Assembly (NCBI GenBank): GCA_033762115.1
Contig: JANRLX010000093.1
Span: 52,320-116,319, forward strand
Source of the DNA: Verrucomicrobiota bacterium
GTDB taxonomy: Bacteria; Verrucomicrobiota; Verrucomicrobiia; Limisphaerales; SXQI01
Direction: 5' to 3'
DNA length: 64,000 bases
A model generated the notes under the pieces. That model saw only the letters and a program-made list of their open reading frames with translations, was not told where the DNA came from and did no database searches. Of this stretch, positions 37,940 through 47,073 are shown piece after piece. A program made the translations under genes and the position numbers. The stretch's first letter is position 1. Each line of letters opens with the position of its first letter.

Positions 37940-40723
37940 TTATGGCTGTGGCACCGCTCGATAAAATTTTAACGGTGCGGAGGATGATGATAGGGGGTCG
38001 ATCCAGAGATAAGTATTTGAACTCAGCGTAATTACATCTTTTTCAGCCCAGGAGTTCAGATTGGATGATTCATAAATTTTGAATCGTTGTCCCGGTTGTC
38101 CGGTGATTTTCAGGTTAAATTTTCCGGCAAGAATCTGCCCGCTGCTGCTTCCAGTCGCCGGGTTGGAGGTTGCAGGATCAAAAAAGATCCCATTCACAAT
38201 TGCATTGTAACCGCTCACTTTGGTGAAACGAAATTTCAAGGAACCTTTCAGGTTCCAGACCAGCCATTTTCCAGTTGAGAAGTTGGCCACTGTTTGAGTA
38301 TCCAGAACGGCGCCGCTGCTGGCATCCAGAACTTCCACTGTCTGGACCCGGGAATTACTGCTCGTCGCGTCCCAATCCAGGAAATACATCGCTACCCGAT
38401 GGGTTTCCCCGTCCAATAAATTGAGGTCCACTGTAAAACTCTGCCCGTACCATGCTGAAGCCAGCCGCCCGGAAGTGGTGCGTTCCAAGGCACGCAGTTC
38501 ACTTGTTGAGTCAGACCATAGCCATGATTCGGAGCCCGTTTGGGAGAGGGAAACATAACCAGGAGTTCGAATGCCATCCCCACTGATCTGATAGCCGTCA
38601 CTGCCGTACACGCCTTTCCAGCTGCCTCTCGTGGTCATATCCGTGGTCACCAGTGAAACGACCGGAGTGACGGAATTTGCAAGGCTGGTCCGCGCGGTCG
38701 CTTCGCTGGAGAAACCCGATTCTCCATTGCTGTTATAGGCGCGAACCCGATAGCTGTACTGTGTCCCGGCGGAGAGTCCGCTGTCTGTGAAAGTAATGCT
38801 ATTGGCGGAGAGCCGAGCTCGCTCAAAAAATTCTCCATTCCCGACCCGTCGATCCAGGACGAATCCGCTTTCGTTGTTGGCATTGTCGGACCAACGAAGA
38901 TCGATTTGAGAAATCGATTTGCTGATGGCCACGAGCGCAGAAGGAGCGACCGGGCCTTGAGGAGGTAATTGGACATTGTTTGGATAAAAAATTCCCTGAC
39001 TTGGATTCAGATAACTTCCGCTTCCAGAACGCTCCAGTTTCACTGCGCGCACCATGTAAATGGTTCCGCTCGCGTGACCGGTATAATTGAAAAAGGTGCC
39101 CCCGAGGAGTGAACTTCCTGAAATGCGAGTGAAAGGTCCGCGAGAAGAGGTTCCTTTGTAAACTACATAACCTTGGATATCACTGTCAGGCGATGCACCC
39201 CAGGTCAGGTTTACTGATCCGCCAGTGATCGTTCCGTTCAGATTTGCAGGCGGAGTGACCATGTGCATTCGCAATGTGGGGTCCCCCATCAGAGCGGCAT
39301 GCACTTGACGTGTCCCCCAGTTTTGGGCGGCGTAAAGTCCCCCGTATCCATTGTTCTGGCTGAGCAACGTGCTGTAACCAATCGTCTCGCCCAAAGCCAT
39401 GTGATGGTAAAACCAATGCGGACGGCCTGCCCATGAAGTGGTGAGGGTATAGGTGGTTGAGCCAAGCGGGGCTCGAAGAAAGTTACTTTCATTGTCCCAA
39501 TCACCGAAGTAACTGCCGAGAAACATGGTGAATACGGACTTGATGTCTCCCAGCGCAAAATCATCCGAACCACCCACTCCATTACAGGTGTAGTAACTCC
39601 CGCCGCCTGTCCCGTATGACCAAAGATAACCCTGTGAATTCAGGGTGGTAAAAAACTGTCCGCCACCCACGGAAGCGACATTATCAGCTCCGAACATTGG
39701 AGCAAAATTGCGCCAACCGCTCGCTGCAAATGCTTCCCCTTCCCGTTCCCCAAAGTTGTCGCAGACCAATCCGCGGCGAGGAAGATCAATCAGCCGATGA
39801 CGAAAATTATGGTCCTTGTTCAGGTACTGACGGAGGAGGTCCTTCTCGCTACGCGCTGGCGATTTGTTTGCGTAGCAGGTCATGTTAGAGAGGTCAACAC
39901 GTCCCACGGCAAGTTCGACATTGCCTGGCAAATTGGACTGATCGAATTTTCCATCCCCAGGAACATTCCTGTTTGCCGGACGGTGTGATCCGGAGTTGTT
40001 CACGGACGAATCGGTCCAATTTCCATCCATGTCACCGTAGTAAAGGTCAGCGGGCCATGCCCCATTATGATCCTCATGCCCATCGGGATTGAAATTGCCC
40101 GAGTAGGGAACTGGCACGCGTCCGAAAAGAAAGACCGCTTTGACGTTCGCCGGATCGGCGTTGTAATCCGCTTTGATGATTTCCTTGATCGAAGGGACCG
40201 AAGCTGTGCGTGACACATCGTGGCGCAGAACAGTCCAGCCATCACCTGCAAGATCCTGCTCCAACCGGGTAAGCTCCATCGCCAGATCATTGGCGTAAAG
40301 ATTTTCGACCAGGAGCACTACTTTCCCACGGTTCTCGATCAATGGTGCATTGATCCCCACGTAAGCGTAGCCAGTGCCGGGATAATTCCAGCTTGTTGTT
40401 TTTGAAAGTGCGTATTCGTAGGTGTTGCGATCAGCAACATTGGAATCCGTATAAGTAGTGGCGCTTCCAGGAAGGGTGGCGATTTGAGACCAGCTCGTCG
40501 CATTCTTTCCTTTACGCGAAACCGTGTAACCGGTCGCCCTCTCGTCGCTGGCCCAGGTCAAGGTCACACGAGCGGGGGAGGATTGTACCGATGCGCTCAC
40601 CATTACGGCGTAGTATTTCGGATCCACTTCAGCCCGAACTGCCACGGTTGCGAAAATTGCAGTGCAACAAGCCCATAGCGCCCACATTGTATTAATTTTC
40701 AGAAACTTCATTTTACCCGTCAT
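37940..40723 (-). CDS. Exported FN3-domain protein with gingipain/C25-like core and C-terminal 'FYRA' domain
   Basis: Signal peptide ending VRA-E; FN3 patterns (VTLTW...GYTVSR...YTD; IDLRWSDNANNESGF...YSYRVRAYN); core VFLFGRVP, ADLYYGD, LAVGRVD, LMGDPTL. Confidence 0.75.
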   Translation of the reverse strand: MTGKMKFLKINTMWALWACCTAIFATVAVRAEVDPKYYAVMVSASVQSSPARVTLTWASDERATGYTVSRKGKNATSWSQIATLPGSATTYTDSNVADRNTYEYALSKTTSWNYPGTGYAYVGINAPLIENRGKVVLLVENLYANDLAMELTRLEQDLAGDGWTVLRHDVSRTASVPSIKEIIKADYNADPANVKAVFLFGRVPVPYSGNFNPDGHEDHNGAWPADLYYGDMDGNWTDSSVNNSGSHRPANRNVPGDGKFDQSNLPGNVELAVGRVDLSNMTCYANKSPARSEKDLLRQYLNKDHNFRHRLIDLPRRGLVCDNFGEREGEAFAASGWRNFAPMFGADNVASVGGGQFFTTLNSQGYLWSYGTGGGSYYTCNGVGGSDDFALGDIKSVFTMFLGSYFGDWDNESNFLRAPLGSTTYTLTTSWAGRPHWFYHHMALGETIGYSTLLSQNNGYGGLYAAQNWGTRQVHAALMGDPTLRMHMVTPPANLNGTITGGSVNLTWGASPDSDIQGYVVYKGTSSRGPFTRISGSSLLGGTFFNYTGHASGTIYMVRAVKLERSGSGSYLNPSQGIFYPNNVQLPPQGPVAPSALVAISKSISQIDLRWSDNANNESGFVLDRRVGNGEFFERARLSANSITFTDSGLSAGTQYSYRVRAYNSNGESGFSSEATARTSLANSVTPVVSLVTTDMTTRGSWKGVYGSDGYQISGDGIRTPGYVSLSQTGSESWLWSDSTSELRALERTTSGRLASAWYGQSFTVDLNLLDGETHRVAMYFLDWDATSSNSRVQTVEVLDASSGAVLDTQTVANFSTGKWLVWNLKGSLKFRFTKVSGYNAIVNGIFFDPATSNPATGSSSGQILAGKFNLKITGQPGQRFKIYESSNLNSWAEKDVITLSSNTYLWIDPLSSSSAPLKFYRAVPQP

Positions 40724-40851
40724 GGTTTTGGATGACGCAAAAGCGCCGCTTCAAATGTCCTAAGACTGTGATGCAGCAGAGCTGCTTTGAATGCGCCACT
40801 TCCTTGCAGTAGCTCCCTGGGCTTAGAGAGCAGAACCTGCGTGACGCGCCG

Positions 40852-40881
40852 AAAGTAGGAATGAAGAGAGCATCTCGTCAA
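40852..40881 (-). promoter_or_regulatory. Candidate promoter of the FN3/C25-like gene
   Basis: TTGACG-18 nt-TACTTT, about 128 nt upstream of the ATG. Confidence 0.6.
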
Positions 40882-40954
40882 CCTGCTTTTACGGCTTCAG
40901 CTTTAGCAGGGTGCATGCCATCGCGAAAACGATGCTGGTAAATGATGTGGGTTT

Positions 40955-40995
40955 GAAGAAACAGGAAAAATGGCTTGTTTGGGCCATTTTTCCTG
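40955..40995 (-). terminator. Intrinsic terminator after alpha-2-macroglobulin
   Basis: 13-bp perfect stem CAGGAAAAATGGC/GCCATTTTTCCTG (40962-40995) followed by TTTCTTC on the minus strand. Confidence 0.7.
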
Positions 40996-41107
40996 AACTA
41001 GGAGGAATTACAAAAACTGAAATAATTCCCAAAAATGTTTTGAACAAAAGTTGTCCATCATTGAGACAATCTGCTGAATACGCGCATTAAAATGAGCCCC
41101 TACAACC

Positions 41108-44100
41108 CTAAGGCTCCAGCACATTGACGCGCAACTCGCTTGAGTTGCTTCTGATTTCAGGAACATACATCGCTTGCCCAAGCAGGGGTAAAGCATGGAA
41201 TTTTCCTGGTGTTTCTGCCCTCAACTCATAACGAATCTGCCAGACGCCCTGCGGCAGTTTGTCGATGAACATGGCCACTTTTCGGTCGCGTAATTCCTGG
41301 TAAACCCAGCGATTGCGTCCTGTATAATTTTCCTCTGCTTCACTCTGTTGTCGCGCACTGGATTTCAGTTCACGGCTGTAAAGCATTTCGCCGCTTCGAA
41401 TCTGGACCGCTTCGAAACCAGCCGGTTTCAAATCCTCAAACATCAGATATTCATAGTCGTTCTTGGTTTCCACAGTGAGCACCACCTCTACGCGATCCCC
41501 GCTTTTAACCGAACCAAGGTCAGTTAAAGGTTCGCGCTGGTAAATATACCCCTTGAGCAGCGTTGGCTTACCCACCAGTTTAAAATACTCCCGTTTCACG
41601 AACAGTTCATTCCCTGCGGGTGATATCGGTTCCTCGGTGCTGAAATATTCTGCTTCCACAGAATAATAGAGCGGGGAAATTCCGGATTTCCGCAGCAGCC
41701 GAATCTCATTTCGTTCTTTGATCAAGGCCGAAGGCACCTCGAATGTTCCAGGCGCGGTAAACAATTCTGCTCCCTTGATTTTCAGGGATGTGATCTCTTC
41801 TCCATTGACAATAAGTGAATACTCAACATCCACATCAAGCTCGCCGCTTACTTTCAGGTAATCTGTCAAAGCCATGATCGAGATTGCCGTGTCCCGTGTG
41901 TTGCTCCATTGCGCTCCACGACGGTTTTTAATCATCCAGTTTGTCACCTCTGTTACGAGAGGGTTCCTGGGATCAATCGTCAGCAATGCCTTTAATGCGA
42001 ATGCAGTGGCTTCGATTGGGCCCTCTGACCAGCGCCACCAAAACCCGTCACTTCCCCAATGTGCCGTTTGGATCGCACCCTCTTGCGCCTGATTTCCGAG
42101 AAGCCGGGATTTGCCTGGATCATCTCGTTTCACGCCGTTCTCAAGGTTTCTCACCAAAGTTTCTGAACGGTCCCGCTGTTTCAAGTGGTGAGCAGCCAGG
42201 GCAAACAATGCCCTCGTATATGCGTTCAACTGGTCCCGCTTTTCCCACAAGTTATTGCTCGCGGTCACCACAAATGGCTGTTTCCGAATTTCTGTATCGC
42301 CTGCTGTTGCCACAGCAATGGCATGCAACATCCAGGCTTGAAGGTCCGGTCGCGATTCCTCCTCCACAATTTCTTCTGTCAGATAACGCAACGCCTGGGC
42401 GAGTCGGTTTTCTGGAATACTCACCCCTGCCTCTTTGCACAAGGCAAGCCCCCAGACCACATAAGCAGTCATGTAATGATCACTCTCACCATCCTTCCAC
42501 CAACCCCATCCACCGTCCCCATGCTGGAACTCTTCCAACCGTTTCAACCCTTTCTCGACCATTTCATCCAGCTGGCGGAGATCCTTTTTTCCTTTCACAT
42601 GAATCTTGTTTGTAGCGCCCGGCTCAATTCCCCCAAACGCTCTTCCCATCACTTCCTCCGGTTTGATTCCTGATTCTCGCAAGGTTTTGGCAACAATTAC
42701 CGCGGGCAGAAACCGGCTCATCGTTTGCTCAGTGCAGCCGTAAGGAAAATCAATCAGGTAAGGCAAGGCATCCAGCATCGTAATCGCGATACTGGGGGTC
42801 ACATGAATGCGCATGGAAGTGGTGCCGGGCTTGCGAGCATTCGGCAGCTCAAATGTCGTCCGCAACTCATTTGTCATCAACTTGCCGGAAAGCGCGGTGA
42901 ATTTTTCAATTCCATGCTCATGGATCGGGTACTCTCTTTCCATTGCATCAGAATATTTCTCTGAGCGGCCGATCATCTGGATTTTCACTGATCCTGCCTT
43001 GGTCGGATTCACTGTCCAATCCACTCTCGCCTCTCCATGCGCGGGAACGGTTACCGGCTCCCGTCTTGATGGTTGTGGCAGGTTCATTCCTTGAATTTTA
43101 ATCTCTGGCCGGACTGTAAATTCCTCATCGGTATTATTGTTGACCACGGCCGAAATCGTCACGCTGTCTCCTACCACAAAAAATCGCGGCGCCTGCAACC
43201 GCACAATCAAGGGTTTTTGTGTTATCGTGTTCGTTTGGGCAATACCGAACCGGTTCCCTTCAGCCACTACCCGCGCGGTCGCTTTCCACGTTGTCAGCGA
43301 GTCTGGATAAATCAGTGTGACATCAGCCCATCCGTTTGCATCTGTCCTGATTGCAGGTTCCCAAAAAATTGTTGAACGAAAATCCGAACGCACCTGCACA
43401 GGATCTTCATTATTGCTTGCTCCCGGGGCGGCAGCACTGTCTGCAGCCAGGACATTCAGCATACTTTGTCCTGCCTCCTGTTTCGCCGCTGCAACATTAA
43501 GGACAGCACGAGACAATTTAAGTTCTGATTCCGGGTAGGCAGCATCTTTCAGTAAGCCGTAACGTGTATGCATCGACCGCTCCAGCCTTTCCTCTTGAAA
43601 ATAATAAGCTTCTTTCAATTCATCTTCGACTCGCTCCTGGATTGCCTGAAAACGGCGATGGTTCAAGGTGCTGGAGGTCATCACATCCTGCCGCCGGGTT
43701 TGGCCAAAAAAGAATTGGCGTGGATCAGGCGCATAGTCCGATTGAATAGAGTAGACCGATTCATCCACAACTCCCAAGGCAACTTCGGCGGGAATTGGTT
43801 TCCCTTCATGGTCCAGCGTGCGAATTTTAAAACGTCCTTTTTCCTGCGGCTGAGATTGTTTCTGCTGAGGTTCAAGTTGCACCTGGGCGAACTGTTTTTC
43901 CGGAGGGACAACGATTGTTTGTTGCTCCTGGATGACCTGTTTTTCATTCACCATCACACCCGAAATGTAAAAGTTAGGCACGTGCTCCTCGCCAATCGGG
44001 ATTTGAAGAAGCTTTGTGCTGCCTTCCATTTTTATCACTTGATAACTGTGCAGCCTCTCTCCTTCCACACTGAAAAGAACATGCCTGCCAGGTGATTCCG

Positions 44101-46897
44101 TGTGGATCATCACAGGCGCGATCTGGCCGCTTTTGAAGGTGTCCTTGTCTGCGAGAATTTGTAAACCACGATGATGATAGCCCAGTTCCACGGTTTCGGA
44201 CGTGGCCACCCAAACTGTCGTTTCAGCACGGATCGGTCGTCCCGGCAAGTCGTCCACCTTCTCCTCACTGACCCATGTCGCACGGTAATATCCAATCCGT
44301 TCGGGCCTGAAATTCACGGATGCTTCCCCGTTCGTGCCCGTCCGCAAATTGCGCGTCAAAATCTCTTCATGCTCATAGCCACGGAATTTTAACTGATACG
44401 GTTTCCCCGGCGTAATAATCGGGAAAGTGGGTGCAGCCCGGCGCAATTGGTCCAGTTCCGTCCCTTTGATCTCCCGTCCCTCGGGACTCATCCAGATCTC
44501 ATACCAAAAATCCCGTGTGATCCGCACTCGACCATTAACCTGGACCGGCAGATCATTTGCATCCAGCGCCTTGAAATTGAAATTAACCTCATCCTGTGGC
44601 CGGTAAATGTGATGATCTGCGTGGGCATGCACATAGTAACTCTGTTGGGTCACCTTCACCTTGCCGCTGCCAATGATCTCCCGCCGTGACGAGTCTGTCA
44701 CCCTGGCCTCTACCAGATATTCGCGATCATGACTTTGATCCTGCGGAGTTCGAATCATGATTTTTGCCCGTCCCTGCGCATCAGTTTTAAGCGTTTCCTG
44801 TTGGATGACATTTCCACGACCCCACCGCGGCTGCGGTGGATAAATACTTTCATAGAACCATTCGTATTGGCGTGAAGGGCGATAAATATGATAAAGAGGA
44901 TTATCATAAACCATCACCTGCACCGTCGCATTGGCTACTGCGCCGCCGAAATAATATTCGGCCTTGATCTCTGCCTCCACCACATCGCCCAACCGAAATA
45001 TTTTTTTCCGTCCATTCTCCTCCGGTAAATCAACCGAAACTTTGAACTCGGGCAATTTATACTCCTCCAATCGAAACAATTGTGCTGAACCGATCTGCCT
45101 CCCCTTCTTCTCGGTGTAAAACAGGATGCTGTACTCGCCCAAGGGCATCTGTGGATTCAATTCAAGAGAGCCCCAGGCACTGCCAAACTCGTTCAGTTCC
45201 ACCGCTTGTTCCAGTACCGTTGTTCCCCGCGGGTCTTTGATCTCGATTGCAAGTTTATCCCTGGAAGGGGTGGAAAATTTGCCCTCCCGCTGCAGTCGCG
45301 CGGTGAATTTCCACTGCACTTTTTCTTCGGGTCGATAAGCCGGGCGGTCTGTGAACGCATAAATCCGCCATTCCGCTCCCTCGTTGCGATTCCAGTACTG
45401 GTTGAGCAGGGAAAAAGTTGGTCCCTTGCTTGTTTCTGCGCTGATGAAAAGCTCACGATGTGTTCCATTGGTGAATTGAAAATGAGCCAATCCATCGGCA
45501 TTTGCCTCTTTCGCTCCTTTGCTCGAATGCCAGTTGCCTCCTGCTTCATGTCGTTCCCAATAATTGATTTTTGCGCCAGGCACAGGAACGCCGCTGTCTG
45601 CTTCGCACACGAACACCAACAATTCATTTGCCACCGATTTGGTGACCAGCATCACTTCTGTTACAAACAAAATATCCTGGGCTTTGTTTCCGTCCGCTTC
45701 GGCTACAATCAGGTAGGCGCCACGTTCAAGTTTTCGATCAATTTTTAAAGTTTTCGACCCTGGCTTATATTCGTTTTTGTCCTCGGTCTGGAACGTCCAG
45801 GCATGCACCTTTTCCTGTGGGCGCGGTACCACCTCTTGGGCCAAACTGGAGACACTGGTGTTCGGCCCCAGTTTTAAGTCTTCAGATAAATTGATTTTAT
45901 AGAGTGTCAGGTTGATGGACTGCACATTGCGCCAGTTCAGGCTCACTTCAGCTTCCTGCCCGGGTGTGAGCATGTTCCAGCTGCTGACGTGGAGAGTTAC
46001 TGAAGTGATCGCTTCGATTTCCCCCAGAGCACGATCATAGTATGGTGTCTCTCCTTTTTTGAACTCGCTGAGAAGCTGTCGATAAAGTTCGAGTGCTTTT
46101 TTATAATCCGGCTCGATTCTGTAATTTCCGGAGAGATCAAGGCTGATTTTGCCATAGCTCGCTACATATTGAGCATACTGGAATATCGCATCATCATACC
46201 ATCCGGTGTTCTTGCCTCGTTTCAGGGCGGCTTCAAAATATGCCCGGAGCTTCGAGTGGCGGTCCCAGCGACCTCCTTCGCTTTGGAATCGGACTGCCAG
46301 TAAATAATTGAAAAGGGCCTTATCCTGGTCGGAAACGGCGATCTGGAGCGTGTTCTCAAGCACCTCAACCGGGATGATATAGGCCAGTTGCTGCCATTGC
46401 ATGCCTGGATCTGAACGCGCAATCGAGCGAACAATATCCAGATACTCTTCACGAGCGGTCTCAATTTCGGGAGATCGCGCCCACCATTCCAACGCTTGTT
46501 CGTAATGCGGCCATGCGTTTCCCCAATTATTGCGGCTTCGCGCTGCCCACCAATAATCCCCAAGGGATCGATGCACCGCTGCATAAAAAGCATTCTGGTC
46601 ATCGGAACGGGTGACATCCCGCACCAGTTTTTCCAATATTGTTCGTGCTTCATCGGACTTGCTGCTGTCCGGGTTATTGCTGGCTACGTCGGCGCGCCAA
46701 AGCGAATCCGCGGCGCGGAAAATCAATTCCCGGTTGTCAGGTTGCAGCGCAAGGAGTGCCGAGTATTGCTCATGCGCTTTCGCGAAAGATTGTTCCTTGA
46801 ATAACCTGTCGGCTTCTTCCTTCGTTGCCGCGTTCAACCCGGACCCACCGAGCAGAATCAAGATAAGTGCGATAAACCGGAGACATGTTACTTTCAT
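41108..46897 (-). CDS. Bacterial alpha-2-macroglobulin with N-terminal TPR-like region
   Basis: FTDRPAYRP, EEYKLPEF, VRSDFRSTIFW, PDSLTTW, thioester PYGCTEQTMS (42725-42736), AMYVPE; AAGGA before ATG 46897. Confidence 0.93.
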   Translation of the reverse strand: MKVTCLRFIALILILLGGSGLNAATKEEADRLFKEQSFAKAHEQYSALLALQPDNRELIFRAADSLWRADVASNNPDSSKSDEARTILEKLVRDVTRSDDQNAFYAAVHRSLGDYWWAARSRNNWGNAWPHYEQALEWWARSPEIETAREEYLDIVRSIARSDPGMQWQQLAYIIPVEVLENTLQIAVSDQDKALFNYLLAVRFQSEGGRWDRHSKLRAYFEAALKRGKNTGWYDDAIFQYAQYVASYGKISLDLSGNYRIEPDYKKALELYRQLLSEFKKGETPYYDRALGEIEAITSVTLHVSSWNMLTPGQEAEVSLNWRNVQSINLTLYKINLSEDLKLGPNTSVSSLAQEVVPRPQEKVHAWTFQTEDKNEYKPGSKTLKIDRKLERGAYLIVAEADGNKAQDILFVTEVMLVTKSVANELLVFVCEADSGVPVPGAKINYWERHEAGGNWHSSKGAKEANADGLAHFQFTNGTHRELFISAETSKGPTFSLLNQYWNRNEGAEWRIYAFTDRPAYRPEEKVQWKFTARLQREGKFSTPSRDKLAIEIKDPRGTTVLEQAVELNEFGSAWGSLELNPQMPLGEYSILFYTEKKGRQIGSAQLFRLEEYKLPEFKVSVDLPEENGRKKIFRLGDVVEAEIKAEYYFGGAVANATVQVMVYDNPLYHIYRPSRQYEWFYESIYPPQPRWGRGNVIQQETLKTDAQGRAKIMIRTPQDQSHDREYLVEARVTDSSRREIIGSGKVKVTQQSYYVHAHADHHIYRPQDEVNFNFKALDANDLPVQVNGRVRITRDFWYEIWMSPEGREIKGTELDQLRRAAPTFPIITPGKPYQLKFRGYEHEEILTRNLRTGTNGEASVNFRPERIGYYRATWVSEEKVDDLPGRPIRAETTVWVATSETVELGYHHRGLQILADKDTFKSGQIAPVMIHTESPGRHVLFSVEGERLHSYQVIKMEGSTKLLQIPIGEEHVPNFYISGVMVNEKQVIQEQQTIVVPPEKQFAQVQLEPQQKQSQPQEKGRFKIRTLDHEGKPIPAEVALGVVDESVYSIQSDYAPDPRQFFFGQTRRQDVMTSSTLNHRRFQAIQERVEDELKEAYYFQEERLERSMHTRYGLLKDAAYPESELKLSRAVLNVAAAKQEAGQSMLNVLAADSAAAPGASNNEDPVQVRSDFRSTIFWEPAIRTDANGWADVTLIYPDSLTTWKATARVVAEGNRFGIAQTNTITQKPLIVRLQAPRFFVVGDSVTISAVVNNNTDEEFTVRPEIKIQGMNLPQPSRREPVTVPAHGEARVDWTVNPTKAGSVKIQMIGRSEKYSDAMEREYPIHEHGIEKFTALSGKLMTNELRTTFELPNARKPGTTSMRIHVTPSIAITMLDALPYLIDFPYGCTEQTMSRFLPAVIVAKTLRESGIKPEEVMGRAFGGIEPGATNKIHVKGKKDLRQLDEMVEKGLKRLEEFQHGDGGWGWWKDGESDHYMTAYVVWGLALCKEAGVSIPENRLAQALRYLTEEIVEEESRPDLQAWMLHAIAVATAGDTEIRKQPFVVTASNNLWEKRDQLNAYTRALFALAAHHLKQRDRSETLVRNLENGVKRDDPGKSRLLGNQAQEGAIQTAHWGSDGFWWRWSEGPIEATAFALKALLTIDPRNPLVTEVTNWMIKNRRGAQWSNTRDTAISIMALTDYLKVSGELDVDVEYSLIVNGEEITSLKIKGAELFTAPGTFEVPSALIKERNEIRLLRKSGISPLYYSVEAEYFSTEEPISPAGNELFVKREYFKLVGKPTLLKGYIYQREPLTDLGSVKSGDRVEVVLTVETKNDYEYLMFEDLKPAGFEAVQIRSGEMLYSRELKSSARQQSEAEENYTGRNRWVYQELRDRKVAMFIDKLPQGVWQIRYELRAETPGKFHALPLLGQAMYVPEIRSNSSELRVNVLEP

Positions 46898-47073
46898 ATC
46901 CTTTAGACGGATGAAATCACAAAATGCTCCCGCTTCCTGGAAGAAAAGTAAATGGTTTGGAAACGTGACAAAGCGTGGGTTTTGAATATGAATAAGTGCA
47001 TCTGAATTTTTGGTTGGGGATTGAGTCATTCCTTTGTAAACTTGATACTCCGACCACACTGCATAATGTAAGT

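Noticed and set aside
46898..47073. Overlapping N-terminal extensions of the A2M and ThuA ORFs in the track
   Set aside because: Signal peptides begin at 46897 and 47074; the region is a divergent promoter.
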